Source: Nitrospinales bacterium (GTDB lineage: Bacteria > Nitrospinota > Nitrospinia > Nitrospinales > VA-1). Taken from it: DNA of 64,000 nucleotides. The stretch is from the NCBI GenBank assembly GCA_965223345.1, contig CBDCWG010000012.1, positions 512,001-576,000 of the forward strand. Direction: 5' to 3'. Each line of letters starts with the position of its first letter. Position 1 is the stretch's first letter. Below, in pieces: positions 41,448 to 52,446 of this stretch. The notes under the pieces were generated by a model. That model ran no database searches, was not told the DNA's origin, and saw only the letters and a list, made by a program, of their open reading frames with translations. The position numbers were made by a program, and so were the translations under genes.

Positions 41448-41996
41448 CTAATGGTTGTTGGCGTTTTCGTTGATATTCTGCGGCTCGGTTCCATTTTGAA
41501 ATTTCTCGATGTGGCTCCAGAGCATGACCGCCACCTTGTTGAGATCGAACGGCCAGGCGTATCGGATCTGCACATCCGGGAATCGCAAGTGCAAGGATTC
41601 CACTTCTTCCGGGATCTCGACTTCCGAATGGGAGCCTCCGGGTGTGAGCATGGTCGTGACCACGATGATCCGGTTGACGCCCGATGCGATCAGATCCTCC
41701 GCGGCCTCGGCGAGACTGGGCGCACAGAACTCGTTGTACGCGACGGCCAGTTTCGTGTCGTTCATGTACAGGCGCAGATGATCGGCCAGCGATTCGAGCC
41801 CGGCCTGGTAGGGGTCGGTTTCCTGCGTCCGCGGCCAAGTGCGGATGGCCCGGTCGGCTTCGATTTCCTCGGCGCTCGGCGGCAATCCTTTTTTCCGCCG
41901 CCCGGCTTCCAGACGTTTGAAGCGGGCGACCAGCTCCTGCGGACAATCCTTGGGAAGCCCGCCATGTCCCACCAGAATCACGCCTTGATCTTTCAT
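41448..41996 (-). CDS. cbiX: CbiX/SirB family sirohydrochlorin chelatase (single domain)
   Basis: 'VILVGHG', 'VAYNEFCAPSL', 'MLTPGGSHSEVEIP'. Confidence 0.8.
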   Translation of the reverse strand: MKDQGVILVGHGGLPKDCPQELVARFKRLEAGRRKKGLPPSAEEIEADRAIRTWPRTQETDPYQAGLESLADHLRLYMNDTKLAVAYNEFCAPSLAEAAEDLIASGVNRIIVVTTMLTPGGSHSEVEIPEEVESLHLRFPDVQIRYAWPFDLNKVAVMLWSHIEKFQNGTEPQNINENANNH

Positions 41997-42065
41997 AAAT
42001 TTATGCTCCCGATTTTCAGACACAATGTCGAAACTTCTTGAAAAAGCCACCTGACTCACTCCAAT

Positions 42066-42128
42066 AACTTAGTCACTATTTGTGTTTTTGTCAATATATT
42101 TGACAAAAAAAATTTTTTTGTCTAGAAT
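42066..42128. promoter_or_regulatory. Back-to-back divergent sigma70 promoters with overlapping inverted repeats
   Basis: + TTGACA(42100)-17-TAGAAT; - TTGACA(42094)-17-TAAGTT; IR TTTTTGTCAA-TATAT-TTGACAAAAA (42085-42109) and GACAAAAAAA-A-TTTTTTTGTC (42102-42122). Confidence 0.75.
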
Positions 42129-42208
42129 TTAGCAGGAGTTGCCGGTTTGCCACGAAGCTCAAGTTTTAGGAACCGGTGTTGCGGCGCACTTAAAACCGAA
42201 AAGAAACC

Positions 42209-43141
42209 ATGAACGAATCGACACAGGACAGCGGCCTGGCGATCGGCGAATTGTCACGGCTCACAGGAATCAGCACCCACGCGTTGCGCGTCTGGGAACG
42301 ACGTTACGGTTCGCCCCGGTCCACACGCCTTCCCTCCGGGCACCGCCGCTACGCAAAAGAAGAGGTGCCGCGGCTGCGCGCCGTGGCGCGCGCGCTGAAG
42401 GCCGGACTGCGTGCGAAAAAGGTCGTGCCCGCCAGTCTGCAGGATCTGGAAAAACTGCTGCAGGTGGCGCCGTTGTTTTCCAAGGACAAAAAATCCGAGT
42501 CCGCCTCGAGTGAGGCGGAGCAGAAACGTCAGATGGTGATCGAGAACTGGATCGAAGGGGTGCACCGCTACTGCAATCAGACCCTGAACCAGGGGTTTCA
42601 TGAGGAATGGTCGAAGCGCGGCGCCATGAATTTCGTGCAGGAATGCGCGGCGCCGTTTGTGCAGCGGGTCGGCAAAGGCTGGGAGCACGGCGAGCTGTCG
42701 GTTTCCCAGGAACACTTCGCATCGGCGCGGCTCAGCGATTTTCTCGGCTCGATGTGGCGGCGGCTGAGCGAACGCAACGAGGGAGAAACCTGTGTGCTGG
42801 CGGGCCTGCCGGGCGAGCCGCACAGTCTGGGCCTGTCGATGGCCGCGGTCATCACGGCGGTGACCGGCCGGTCGATCGTTTACCTGGGAACCAACACCCC
42901 CATCGAAGACATCGTCGCTACCGTGCAATCCTGCGCGGCGACCATCGTGTGCTTCAGCGTTTCGGTCATCTACGATGCAAAAGCCGCGCGCAGCGCTCTC
43001 AAAAAAATCCGCAAGGCGCTCGATCCTTCCGTCCGCATCGTGGTCGGCGGGAAAGGCGCTCCCGGCGGCTTGCCGGGTGTGGAGACACTGAGCAGCATGA
43101 ACGCCTATTACGAATGGCTGGAGAATGCGAACTCAGACTGA
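42209..43141 (+). CDS. MerR-family regulator with cobalamin-binding domain (CarH/LitR-like)
   Basis: MerR HTH 'IGELSRLTGISTHALRVWERRYG'; W-x9-EH ('WEHGELSVSQEH'); B12 motif 'EPHSLG..SVSV..VGG'. Confidence 0.88.
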   Translation: MNESTQDSGLAIGELSRLTGISTHALRVWERRYGSPRSTRLPSGHRRYAKEEVPRLRAVARALKAGLRAKKVVPASLQDLEKLLQVAPLFSKDKKSESASSEAEQKRQMVIENWIEGVHRYCNQTLNQGFHEEWSKRGAMNFVQECAAPFVQRVGKGWEHGELSVSQEHFASARLSDFLGSMWRRLSERNEGETCVLAGLPGEPHSLGLSMAAVITAVTGRSIVYLGTNTPIEDIVATVQSCAATIVCFSVSVIYDAKAARSALKKIRKALDPSVRIVVGGKGAPGGLPGVETLSSMNAYYEWLENANSD

Positions 43142-43196
43142 GCCATTGCACTGAACAAAACAGATCGAATTATGAAACTTTTTATCGAGTGAGATC

Positions 43197-43757
43197 ATGA
43201 ATATAAAATTGAAAAAACTCAGCGGCGGGTTGGGAATCGCGCTGATCCTGGTTTGCTGGACCGCGACGGCGGAAAGCCGCGGGCTCAGCGATGAAACGCT
43301 CGCCGTCGGCAAACCGCTGCCCAACGCGGCGCTGCAACAGGACGGCAAACCGCACATAGAACTGAACGCGCTGAAAGGGCGGGTCAAGATCATCAGCGTG
43401 GTGCCACAGCTCAACACACCGGTGTGCGACGCGCAGACGCACAAGCTGAGCGAGGAAAACGGCGGGCTGGACGCGCATCTGGACATCGTGACCATCAGCA
43501 CCAACACGGCGGCGGATCAGTCGCGCTTTGCGGAAAAGGCCAACATCCACAACATCCTGTTTCTCTCGGACAACCCGGACTACGACTTCGGCAACAAAAC
43601 CGGCCTGCTCAACCCGAGCTTTCATTTTCTCAACCGCACGGTTCTGGTGGTGGACGCCGACAACATCATCCGCTACGTGGACCGGGTGCCGGGCGGCGGC
43701 ATGCCCGACATCCCAAAAGCCCTGAAAGCCGCCAGACAGGTGTTGGAAAAAAGTTAG
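43197..43757 (+). CDS. Exported Tpx-like peroxiredoxin (redoxin)
   Basis: Signal peptide; 'ISVVPQLNTPVCDAQT', 'LNRTVLVVD..NIIRY'. Confidence 0.85.
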   Translation: MNIKLKKLSGGLGIALILVCWTATAESRGLSDETLAVGKPLPNAALQQDGKPHIELNALKGRVKIISVVPQLNTPVCDAQTHKLSEENGGLDAHLDIVTISTNTAADQSRFAEKANIHNILFLSDNPDYDFGNKTGLLNPSFHFLNRTVLVVDADNIIRYVDRVPGGGMPDIPKALKAARQVLEKS

Positions 43758-43765
43758 CAGAAAGA

Positions 43766-45001
<1,236 letters not shown>

Positions 45002-45221
45002 ACTCTACTCCCGGCGAAAAACGCATGTTTGCGGAATCCTCTCAGTTTAAAGGACGATCGCCGATCGCCCAAATGTTATTTCCTTTGCACAAGGGTGGCG
45101 GCAAGGCCGCCGGCGCGCGCTGCAGGCAAACGGAATGGGTATTCCGGGATCGCGGATTGAGTGTTAAAATTCTCAAGCGTTCCCCGATTTTGCCGTGTCC
45201 CATCAACGGATTCCATCTCCC

Positions 45222-48200
45222 ATGCACCCAGACCAGAGCCACCTGTTAAAAACCCGGCGTTTCCTGCCGCTGTTTCTCACCCAGTTTCTCGGTGCGTTCA
45301 ACGACAACGTGTTCAAAAACGCGCTGGTGATTCTGATCACCTACTCGGTGGCGGAAAAAGCCGGGCTCAACGCGCAGATCCTGGTGACGCTGGCGGCGGG
45401 GATCTTCATCCTGCCGTTTTTCCTGTTCTCGGCCACCGCCGGGCAGATCGCCGACAAGTACGACAAGGCCCGGCTCATCCGCATCATAAAGGCGGTGGAG
45501 ATCGGCCTCATGATCGCGGCGGGGGTGGGTTTTTATCTGCAAAATGTCTACTTCCTGCTGACGGTGCTGTTCCTCATGGGCACGCAGTCGTCGTTTTTCG
45601 GTCCGCTCAAATACGGCATCCTGCCCGATCAACTGCACGAGCACGAGCTGATCGGCGGCAACGCGCTGATCGAAGCGGGCACCTTCGTCTCCATCCTCAT
45701 CGGCACCATCCTCGGCGGCCTTTTGATTCTCGCGGAAGGCGGCATCACGCTGGTTTCGGGCATGGTGCTGGCCGTCGCCGTCCTGGGATGGGTGAGCAGC
45801 CTGTCGATCCCGTCCACGAAGGCCGCGGACCCGGACATCACGGTGCGCTACAATCTGTTCACCGAGACTTACAGGATCATCGGACACATCCGCGAAAACA
45901 AGGTGGTGTTCCGCTCGATCCTGGGCATCTCCTGGTTCTGGCTGTTCGGCGCTTCCTTCCTGTCGCAGTTTCCCACCTACGGCAAGGACGTGATCGGCGG
46001 CAACGAGCAGGTGGTCACTTTATTTTTGACCGTGTTTTCGATCGGCATCGGCGTGGGCTCGCTGTTCTGCAACAAGCTGTTGAAAGGCGAGATCGTGGCG
46101 ACCTACGTGCCGCTCGGCGTGCTGGGCATGACGCTGTTCACGGTGGATCTGTACTTCGCCAGCGGAAACGGCATCACCGCCGGCGGCGGCGAGTTGATCG
46201 GCGTGTCGGCTTTTCTTGCTGAGTTTTCCAGCTGGCGCATTCTGTTCGACCTGTTCGGCATCTCGGTGTGCGGCGGCATCTACATCGTGCCGCTGTATTC
46301 GCTGATGCAGAGCCGCTCGGAAGCCGAATACCGGTCGCGCACCATCGCCGGCAACAATGTGATGAACGCCCTGTTCATGGTGGTCTCGGCGCTGTGGATC
46401 ACCTGGATGCTGGCGAAGGATTTTAAGGATTTTTCGGTCACGGAAGTGTTCCTGACGCTCGCCGTGGTGAACGGCCTGGTTTCCATTTACGTGTGCACGT
46501 TGCTGCCGGACGCACTGGTGAAATCGCTGCTCACCTGGCTGTTCCACACGCTGTACCGGCTGGAAGTGCGCGGCGCCGAGCACATCAAAAAAACGGCGGA
46601 TAAATCCATCCTGGTTGCCAATCACCTGTCGTTCCTGGATGCGGCGCTACTGGCCTCCTGCGTTCCGGACCGCCTGACTTTCGCCATCAACACGCAGATG
46701 GCGAAACAGTGGTGGGTGCGGCCGTTCCTGTCGCTGGCGGACACGTTCGCCCTCGATCCCACCAACCCGATGTCCACGCGCTCGCTCATCGACGCCATCC
46801 GCAAGGGCCACAAGGTGGTGATCTTTCCGGAAGGACGCCTGACGGTGACCGGATCGCTGATGAAGGTGTACGAAGGGCCGGGCATGATCGCCGACAAATC
46901 GGGCGCGCAGCTGCTGCCGGTGGCCATCGCCGGGGCGCAGTACACGCCGTTTTCGCGGCTCAAGGGCAAAGTGCGCACGCGCTGGTTTCCCAAGATCACA
47001 CTCACGTTCATGGAACCGGTGGCGTTCGACCTTCCCGAAGACGTCAAAGGCCGCAAGCGGCGGCGCGCCGCCGGCGCGAAGCTGTACGACATCATGACGG
47101 ACATGCTGTTTCACAGCCACGATCTCAACCAGACGCTGTTTCAATCGCTCTTGGATGCCAAATCGGTGCACGGCGGCGGTCACCTTGTGGCCGAGGACAT
47201 CGAACGCAAACCGCTTTCCTACCAGCAATTCGTGGCGCGCAGTTTCATTCTCGGCAAAGCCTTCACCAGGAGCACCGCCCCGGAAGAAGTGGTAGGCATG
47301 CTGCTTCCCAACATGGTCGGCACGCTGCTCGGGTTTTTCGGCTTGCAGGCGTTCGGGCGGGTTCCGGCGATGCTGAACTTTTCGACCGGTAAAAAGAACC
47401 TGCTTGCCGCCTGCGCAACCGCGGCGATCCGCACGGTGATCACCTCGAAGCGGTTCGTGGCCATGGCCAACCTGCCCGAAACGGTGGAGGCGATGCAGAG
47501 CGTGGGTGTCGCCATCGTCTATCTGGAAGACCTGCGCGACAGCATCTCAGGCTGGGACAAACTGAAAGGACTGCTGGCAGCGCGGGCGCCGCAGTTGTAT
47601 TACCGCATGCAGCATAAAAACCCGGATGCGGACGCCCCCACGGTGGTGCTGTTCACCTCCGGTTCGGAGGGCACGCCCAAGGGCGTGGTGTTGAGTCACA
47701 AGAACATCCAGGCCAACCGTTTTCAGGTCGCCTCGCGGGTGGATTTCGGTCCGCTCGACATCGTGTTCAACGCGCTGCCGGTGTTCCATTCCTTCGGCCT
47801 GACGGGCGGGACGCTGCTGCCGCTGCTTTCGGGCATGAAGACGTTTTTCTATCCCTCGCCGCTGCATTACCGCATCGTGCCGGAGCTGGTGTACGACACC
47901 AACGCCACGATCCTGTTCGGCACCGACACCTTTCTGACCGGATATGCGCGTTACGCGCATCCCTACGATTTTTACAGCATCCGTTACGTGTTCGCGGGCG
48001 CGGAAAAACTCAAGGAATCGACGCGCGCCACCTGGTCGGAAAAATTCGGCGTGCGCATCTTCGAGGGCTATGGCGCGACCGAGACGGCTCCCGTGCTGGC
48101 GATGAACACGCCGATGCAGAACCAGCCCGGATCGGTCGGGCGGCTGATGCCGGGCATCGAATACCTGCTCAAGGACGTGCCGGGCATCGAAACCGGCGGA

Positions 48201-48671
48201 CGGCTCTGGGTGTCGGGACCGAACATCATGAAGGGCTATTTTCTCAGCGACGCGCCGGGAAAACTCGTGCCTCCGGACGGCGGCTGGTACGATACGGGCG
48301 ACATCGTGGAGGTGAACGCGGAGGGTTATGTCACGATCAAGGGACGGGCCAAGCGCTTCGCCAAGGTGGGCGGCGAGATGGTTTCGCTCACGGCGGTGGA
48401 AGGCTTCGTGAACCAGGTCTGGCCGGGTTACGCGCACGCGGTGGTGACCGTTCCCGATGCCAAGAAAGGCGAGCAGCTGGTGCTGGTCACCAGTTTCAAA
48501 GAGGCTTCCCGCGAACCGTTGATGCAGTACATCAAACAGAACGGCATCGGCGAGCTGTCGTTGCCGAAGAACATCCTTGTGATGGACAAACTGCCGGTTC
48601 TCGGAACCGGCAAGACCGATTACGTGGCGCTGAACGAATGGGTGCTAAAACAGACAGGATCGTCTTCCTGA
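45222..48671 (+). CDS. aas: LplT-like MFS + acyltransferase + acyl-ACP synthetase fusion (Aas-type)
   Basis: MFS 'TQFLGAFNDN'; PlsC 'NHLSFLD', 'FPEGR'; AMP-binding 'FTSGSEGTPKGV', 'GYGATE', 'YDTGD'. Confidence 0.93.
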   Translation: MHPDQSHLLKTRRFLPLFLTQFLGAFNDNVFKNALVILITYSVAEKAGLNAQILVTLAAGIFILPFFLFSATAGQIADKYDKARLIRIIKAVEIGLMIAAGVGFYLQNVYFLLTVLFLMGTQSSFFGPLKYGILPDQLHEHELIGGNALIEAGTFVSILIGTILGGLLILAEGGITLVSGMVLAVAVLGWVSSLSIPSTKAADPDITVRYNLFTETYRIIGHIRENKVVFRSILGISWFWLFGASFLSQFPTYGKDVIGGNEQVVTLFLTVFSIGIGVGSLFCNKLLKGEIVATYVPLGVLGMTLFTVDLYFASGNGITAGGGELIGVSAFLAEFSSWRILFDLFGISVCGGIYIVPLYSLMQSRSEAEYRSRTIAGNNVMNALFMVVSALWITWMLAKDFKDFSVTEVFLTLAVVNGLVSIYVCTLLPDALVKSLLTWLFHTLYRLEVRGAEHIKKTADKSILVANHLSFLDAALLASCVPDRLTFAINTQMAKQWWVRPFLSLADTFALDPTNPMSTRSLIDAIRKGHKVVIFPEGRLTVTGSLMKVYEGPGMIADKSGAQLLPVAIAGAQYTPFSRLKGKVRTRWFPKITLTFMEPVAFDLPEDVKGRKRRRAAGAKLYDIMTDMLFHSHDLNQTLFQSLLDAKSVHGGGHLVAEDIERKPLSYQQFVARSFILGKAFTRSTAPEEVVGMLLPNMVGTLLGFFGLQAFGRVPAMLNFSTGKKNLLAACATAAIRTVITSKRFVAMANLPETVEAMQSVGVAIVYLEDLRDSISGWDKLKGLLAARAPQLYYRMQHKNPDADAPTVVLFTSGSEGTPKGVVLSHKNIQANRFQVASRVDFGPLDIVFNALPVFHSFGLTGGTLLPLLSGMKTFFYPSPLHYRIVPELVYDTNATILFGTDTFLTGYARYAHPYDFYSIRYVFAGAEKLKESTRATWSEKFGVRIFEGYGATETAPVLAMNTPMQNQPGSVGRLMPGIEYLLKDVPGIETGGRLWVSGPNIMKGYFLSDAPGKLVPPDGGWYDTGDIVEVNAEGYVTIKGRAKRFAKVGGEMVSLTAVEGFVNQVWPGYAHAVVTVPDAKKGEQLVLVTSFKEASREPLMQYIKQNGIGELSLPKNILVMDKLPVLGTGKTDYVALNEWVLKQTGSSS

Positions 48672-48701
48672 GTCCTGCGTGCAGCAACATCCCGTCCGCA
48701 T

Positions 48702-49451
48702 TCAATCTCGCTGGAATTCTCCCTGCTTTAAAAAATTCAGGATCTGCGCGATGGCTGCGTCGTTTTTCATGATGAAGGTGTGCGTCGCGTGCAGAACGAT
48801 GTGATCTTTCATGCCGTCGAGTTTGGTGCGTTCGATCGACACCTTGCCGTCGTCGCTGCCGGGAATCAGGTAGGAACCGAAAGGGTCGATGGAACGGTCG
48901 CCCGCGATCACGCCCAGTTCGAAATCGACACCGCCTAAAAAAGAACGCAAATCATCCTGATCGGTCCCCAACTGCTGACCGGCGGGGCCGTAAAATTTTT
49001 TGTACAGGAAATTGTCTTTGAGAAAGTCCGCCATCTCGCTGCCGCGGTTCGGCGGGCTCAGCATGACGACGCGGCCCAAGTTTTTCGGCCGATGCTGCCG
49101 GATCAATCCCCGCGCCACCAGACCGCCCATCGAATAGGTCACGAAATGCAAAGGGCGGTCCCGGTTGGCGTTGAACGCATCGATCTGCGGCTGGATTGTT
49201 TGCACCAGTTCGGCAAGGGAAAGATCGGTGGAAGGGTAATCGACGTTCAACACACGGTAGCCCTCTTTCACAAGCGCGTTTTCGATCTTTTCCATCGAGG
49301 CGCTGCTGCGCGCGATTCCGTGCAGCAGGACGACCGACTCCGCCTCGGCGGCGTGGACACTTGCCCCAGAGACCGCAAGCCATCCCAACCAAAGACAGAA
49401 CACAAAGTGTGCAATCACGGTTTTGGAAATTTTCAAATCGATCGCGTGCAT
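48702..49451 (-). CDS. Exported alpha/beta hydrolase (lipase/esterase)
   Basis: 'VVLLHG', nucleophile 'TYSMGG', 'PPNRGS', 'DDGKV', 'HTFIM'. Confidence 0.88.
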   Translation of the reverse strand: MHAIDLKISKTVIAHFVFCLWLGWLAVSGASVHAAEAESVVLLHGIARSSASMEKIENALVKEGYRVLNVDYPSTDLSLAELVQTIQPQIDAFNANRDRPLHFVTYSMGGLVARGLIRQHRPKNLGRVVMLSPPNRGSEMADFLKDNFLYKKFYGPAGQQLGTDQDDLRSFLGGVDFELGVIAGDRSIDPFGSYLIPGSDDGKVSIERTKLDGMKDHIVLHATHTFIMKNDAAIAQILNFLKQGEFQRD

Positions 49452-49475
49452 GCGTTTTGCGGGAAAAGGCCGCTG

Positions 49476-50153
49476 TTATTGGTCTTTTAAAAGATCGCGG
49501 GCCACGGGAAAGATGCGCTCGACCCACAACGCGTATTGCGCGGCGGAAGGGTGCAGCTCGTCTTCTGCGAACATGCCCGCATCGGCACAGAGTTGCTGCG
49601 ACAGCGGGAATATGTCCACCACCGGCAGCTTGCGGGCCGTGGCCGCAGATTCGACGATGCGGTTGAGCCGGGTCATGCCGTTGGGCGCGCTTTTGCCGTA
49701 GCCCCATTTTTTTCCTGAAGGCGAGCAGGAGAAATCGGGAATGGTGACGAGCAGCAGCTTTCCGGAAGGAGACAGCGTTTCCTCGATGCGGTCGATCAGC
49801 CGCTGCACATGCCGGGTGAACAGGCGGCTGGGAGCGCCGCTGCGGATCCAGTCGTTGACGCCGATCAGTAGGGTGACGAAGTCCGGTTTGTGGCCGGCGA
49901 GCAGGGGGATCTGACCGGACAGCACCTGCGATGCGGTCCAGCCGTTTTGTCCCAGGTTGGCGACCAGCTCGAAATCGAGGCCCGCCGCTTGCAGTTTTTT
50001 CGTCAACTGCGCGGGCCAGGTTTTCTCAGGCGCGACGCCGGTGCCAGTGGTGTAGGAATCGCCGAGCGCCACGTAGCGGATGGCCGCGCCCTGCACCGCC
50101 GAAACGAAAAGCAGCTGAATCACCAGGATTGCAATGAGGCTGCGGACGGTCAT
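49476..50153 (-). CDS. SGNH/GDSL hydrolase
   Basis: 'ALGDSYT', 'IGVND', 'DELHP'. Confidence 0.92.
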   Translation of the reverse strand: MTVRSLIAILVIQLLFVSAVQGAAIRYVALGDSYTTGTGVAPEKTWPAQLTKKLQAAGLDFELVANLGQNGWTASQVLSGQIPLLAGHKPDFVTLLIGVNDWIRSGAPSRLFTRHVQRLIDRIEETLSPSGKLLLVTIPDFSCSPSGKKWGYGKSAPNGMTRLNRIVESAATARKLPVVDIFPLSQQLCADAGMFAEDELHPSAAQYALWVERIFPVARDLLKDQ

Positions 50154-50215
50154 GCGAAACACAGAGAGCATCGGAGTGAATCCGAAACGGTTTTGGAATG
50201 AAACCGGGAAAGCGA

Positions 50216-50644
50216 TTACGCGATGGACTCCCCCAACTCGTCTTCCTCGAACAGTTCGGTCATCATGTCGTGGGTGGATTCCTGGTTTTGTTTTTTTTCG
50301 GTTCCGTCCAGGTACAGGTTGATACGCTGAAGCTGTTCCTCCGACACGTTGCAGAGGATGAGGCGCTGCATCAGGGTTTCCCGATCGAAGCGCTGCAGCA
50401 GCCTCCCGAGACTGGCGTGCAGAAACGGGACCAGGATGGTCTGCACATCGGAAAAATCCAACTCCACCGATGCCTGCTTCTCCAGCCGGGATTGCAGCAG
50501 CGCGAACAGTTGGTTGCCATCGTCGATCGATTCCAGTTGACCGTCGATTTCCTGCGCCAGGTGAATGCGTGTATTTGCTTCTGAAGTCATGGTTCTTGTT
50601 GCGCGTCCTTTCGGTTTTTTCTCCTGCGATTGATATCCGCTCAA
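50216..50644 (-). CDS. STAS-like domain protein (DUF4325-like)
   Basis: 'DGNQLF...VELDFSDVQTI..PFLHASLGRL'; TTG start overlaps the upstream stop (TTGA); alternative ATG at 50590. Confidence 0.7.
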   Translation of the reverse strand: MSGYQSQEKKPKGRATRTMTSEANTRIHLAQEIDGQLESIDDGNQLFALLQSRLEKQASVELDFSDVQTILVPFLHASLGRLLQRFDRETLMQRLILCNVSEEQLQRINLYLDGTEKKQNQESTHDMMTELFEEDELGESIA

Positions 50645-50943
50645 TCTTCAGCCAGTTCTTCGGCCAGTTCGGCGATCAGCTTCAGCGCTCCGAGAACCCG
50701 CAGCCGGTCGTCGTCTTCACAATCCTCGAGCCATTTGCCGTAGCCATTTTCCTGCAACACGGATCTTGCCGGCCGCCCGTCTTTCACGACGCCCTGCAGA
50801 TTTTCCAGGCAATCGATTTCGGTTTTGGCCTGCGCGGCGATGTTCTCGAAGCGGTCACCGGTTTCGATGCTCTGCAGCGTCTGCATCGCTTTCGGCAATT
50901 GCCGGGAAAGCTCTGTAAGTATGGGATGCGGTTGAGCGTTCAT
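50641..50943 (-). CDS. Small acidic helical hypothetical protein
   Basis: 100 aa ORF tightly packed between the TIR-TPR and STAS-like genes. Confidence 0.65.
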   Translation of the reverse strand: MNAQPHPILTELSRQLPKAMQTLQSIETGDRFENIAAQAKTEIDCLENLQGVVKDGRPARSVLQENGYGKWLEDCEDDDRLRVLGALKLIAELAEELAED

Positions 50944-50958
50944 GGATTCAGCCTGAGT

Positions 50959-52245
50959 TCAAATCATGCGCCGCCGCAGCGCATGGATGCGTTGCTTCCA
51001 GGAATCGGCCCAGGGTTCGGTCGTCGCGCTGAAAATTTCCTCAGCCCGGTTCAGGTGCCCCTGCGCGCGTATCCGGCTGTCCAGGGCGCAGCAGATCTCA
51101 GCCAGATCGACGGAAATGCGGGCTTCCTCCCGCCGGTCTTCCAGATACAGGGCGAGGTTCAGAGCCTGCCGCAGACATTCCTGCGCCGGTTGCAGGTTAT
51201 CGATTTTTTGATGGTTGAGAGCGATGCCCACCAACAGTTCCAGCTGCTTTTCGGGATCCTCAAGTTCGCGAAAAATCGAAAGCGCTTTCGAGTACGCGTC
51301 GATGGCGCGATCGACCCGGTTGCGCTTGACGCAAACGAATCCCAGACCGTTGTGGGCGCTGCCGACATACTGCCGCAACCCGTGCGATTCGGCCAGAGCC
51401 AGCTGCTGCTCGTAATAGCCGGCGGCCCGGTCGATGTCTCCGGAGACGGCGTGCGCATCCCCGAGGTTGGCCAGCAGGCCGCACTCTTCCTCCACATTGC
51501 CGCTTTGCCGCACCAGCTCGAGTTCCTCTTCGAAATACTGGATGGCCCACCGGGTCTGCCCCAGCTGGCTGAACGCCTGCCCGAGTGCGGACAGCGCTTT
51601 TTTTTCGCCGGTTCGGTCTGCGCGGCGGCGCGCTTCCTTGAGATTGAACTTCTCCGAATCGATGGTGCGGCGCAATTCGGAAGTGGGGGACGTTTTGAGA
51701 TCCCATTTTCGCGAGGACGGCAGCTTGGCTGCCAAATCGGCCTTTTCCTGGGCGGCGTCCGGTTCGGTTTGCATCAGTTTTTTCTCGATCTCCTGTTTGA
51801 ATTGCAGTTCCTTTTGCAGGTCCTCGAAAAGCAGGTGCAGATCTTCGTACCAGTGCGTGCTCCGCATCCGGTGGGCCGTGCAGTCGTGCAACAGCTTCAA
51901 GGCGCCGGGCAGCATTTCCTTTTCGGGAAGCCGGGCTTCATCGAGCAGCAGAGGAACGATGAGGATATCCCGGTTCATCGCCGATACGATTTCAAACCGG
52001 ATGCGCTCCAGCGCGTTCGGTTCATCGAGCGGAAGAGCGGGACGTCCGGGGGGCGCATTTCCGATCACCAGGATCAGGGCGTCGCACAGAGCGAGGGTTT
52101 CGCGGACGCGTTGTTCCGAGTGCAGAGCGGCATCGTGCCCCTGCACGATGCATTTGCACTGCCAGAGCGTTTCGCATTCGCCGGCCATTTTATGCACCAG
52201 AGCTTGCGATTTTTCAAAGCACACGCTGAAATACAAGGTCGGCAT
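50959..52245 (-). CDS. TIR-like domain + TPR repeat protein
   Basis: N-terminus 'LYFS...CDALILVIG...IRFEIVSAMNRDILIVPLLLD...LP..L' follows the bacterial TIR_2 pattern; C-terminal ~5 TPRs. Confidence 0.75.
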   Translation of the reverse strand: MPTLYFSVCFEKSQALVHKMAGECETLWQCKCIVQGHDAALHSEQRVRETLALCDALILVIGNAPPGRPALPLDEPNALERIRFEIVSAMNRDILIVPLLLDEARLPEKEMLPGALKLLHDCTAHRMRSTHWYEDLHLLFEDLQKELQFKQEIEKKLMQTEPDAAQEKADLAAKLPSSRKWDLKTSPTSELRRTIDSEKFNLKEARRRADRTGEKKALSALGQAFSQLGQTRWAIQYFEEELELVRQSGNVEEECGLLANLGDAHAVSGDIDRAAGYYEQQLALAESHGLRQYVGSAHNGLGFVCVKRNRVDRAIDAYSKALSIFRELEDPEKQLELLVGIALNHQKIDNLQPAQECLRQALNLALYLEDRREEARISVDLAEICCALDSRIRAQGHLNRAEEIFSATTEPWADSWKQRIHALRRRMI

Positions 52246-52446
52246 GGTGTCCTGTATGGTGTCCTGTGCGGTTCTGCCTGAAGACCCCCGGCGTTTTCGT
52301 CCCACGTATTATATAGAGAATCGCCGTTGCGGGGAATCGGCACAAAAAAATCCGCAAAAGCGGCCGAATTCGGCGTGGAATCTGAAGAAACGAAGGGGAC
52401 GGGGAGAAACCGGCAACAGGGCAGCAACCCTAACTAGATCAACAGC

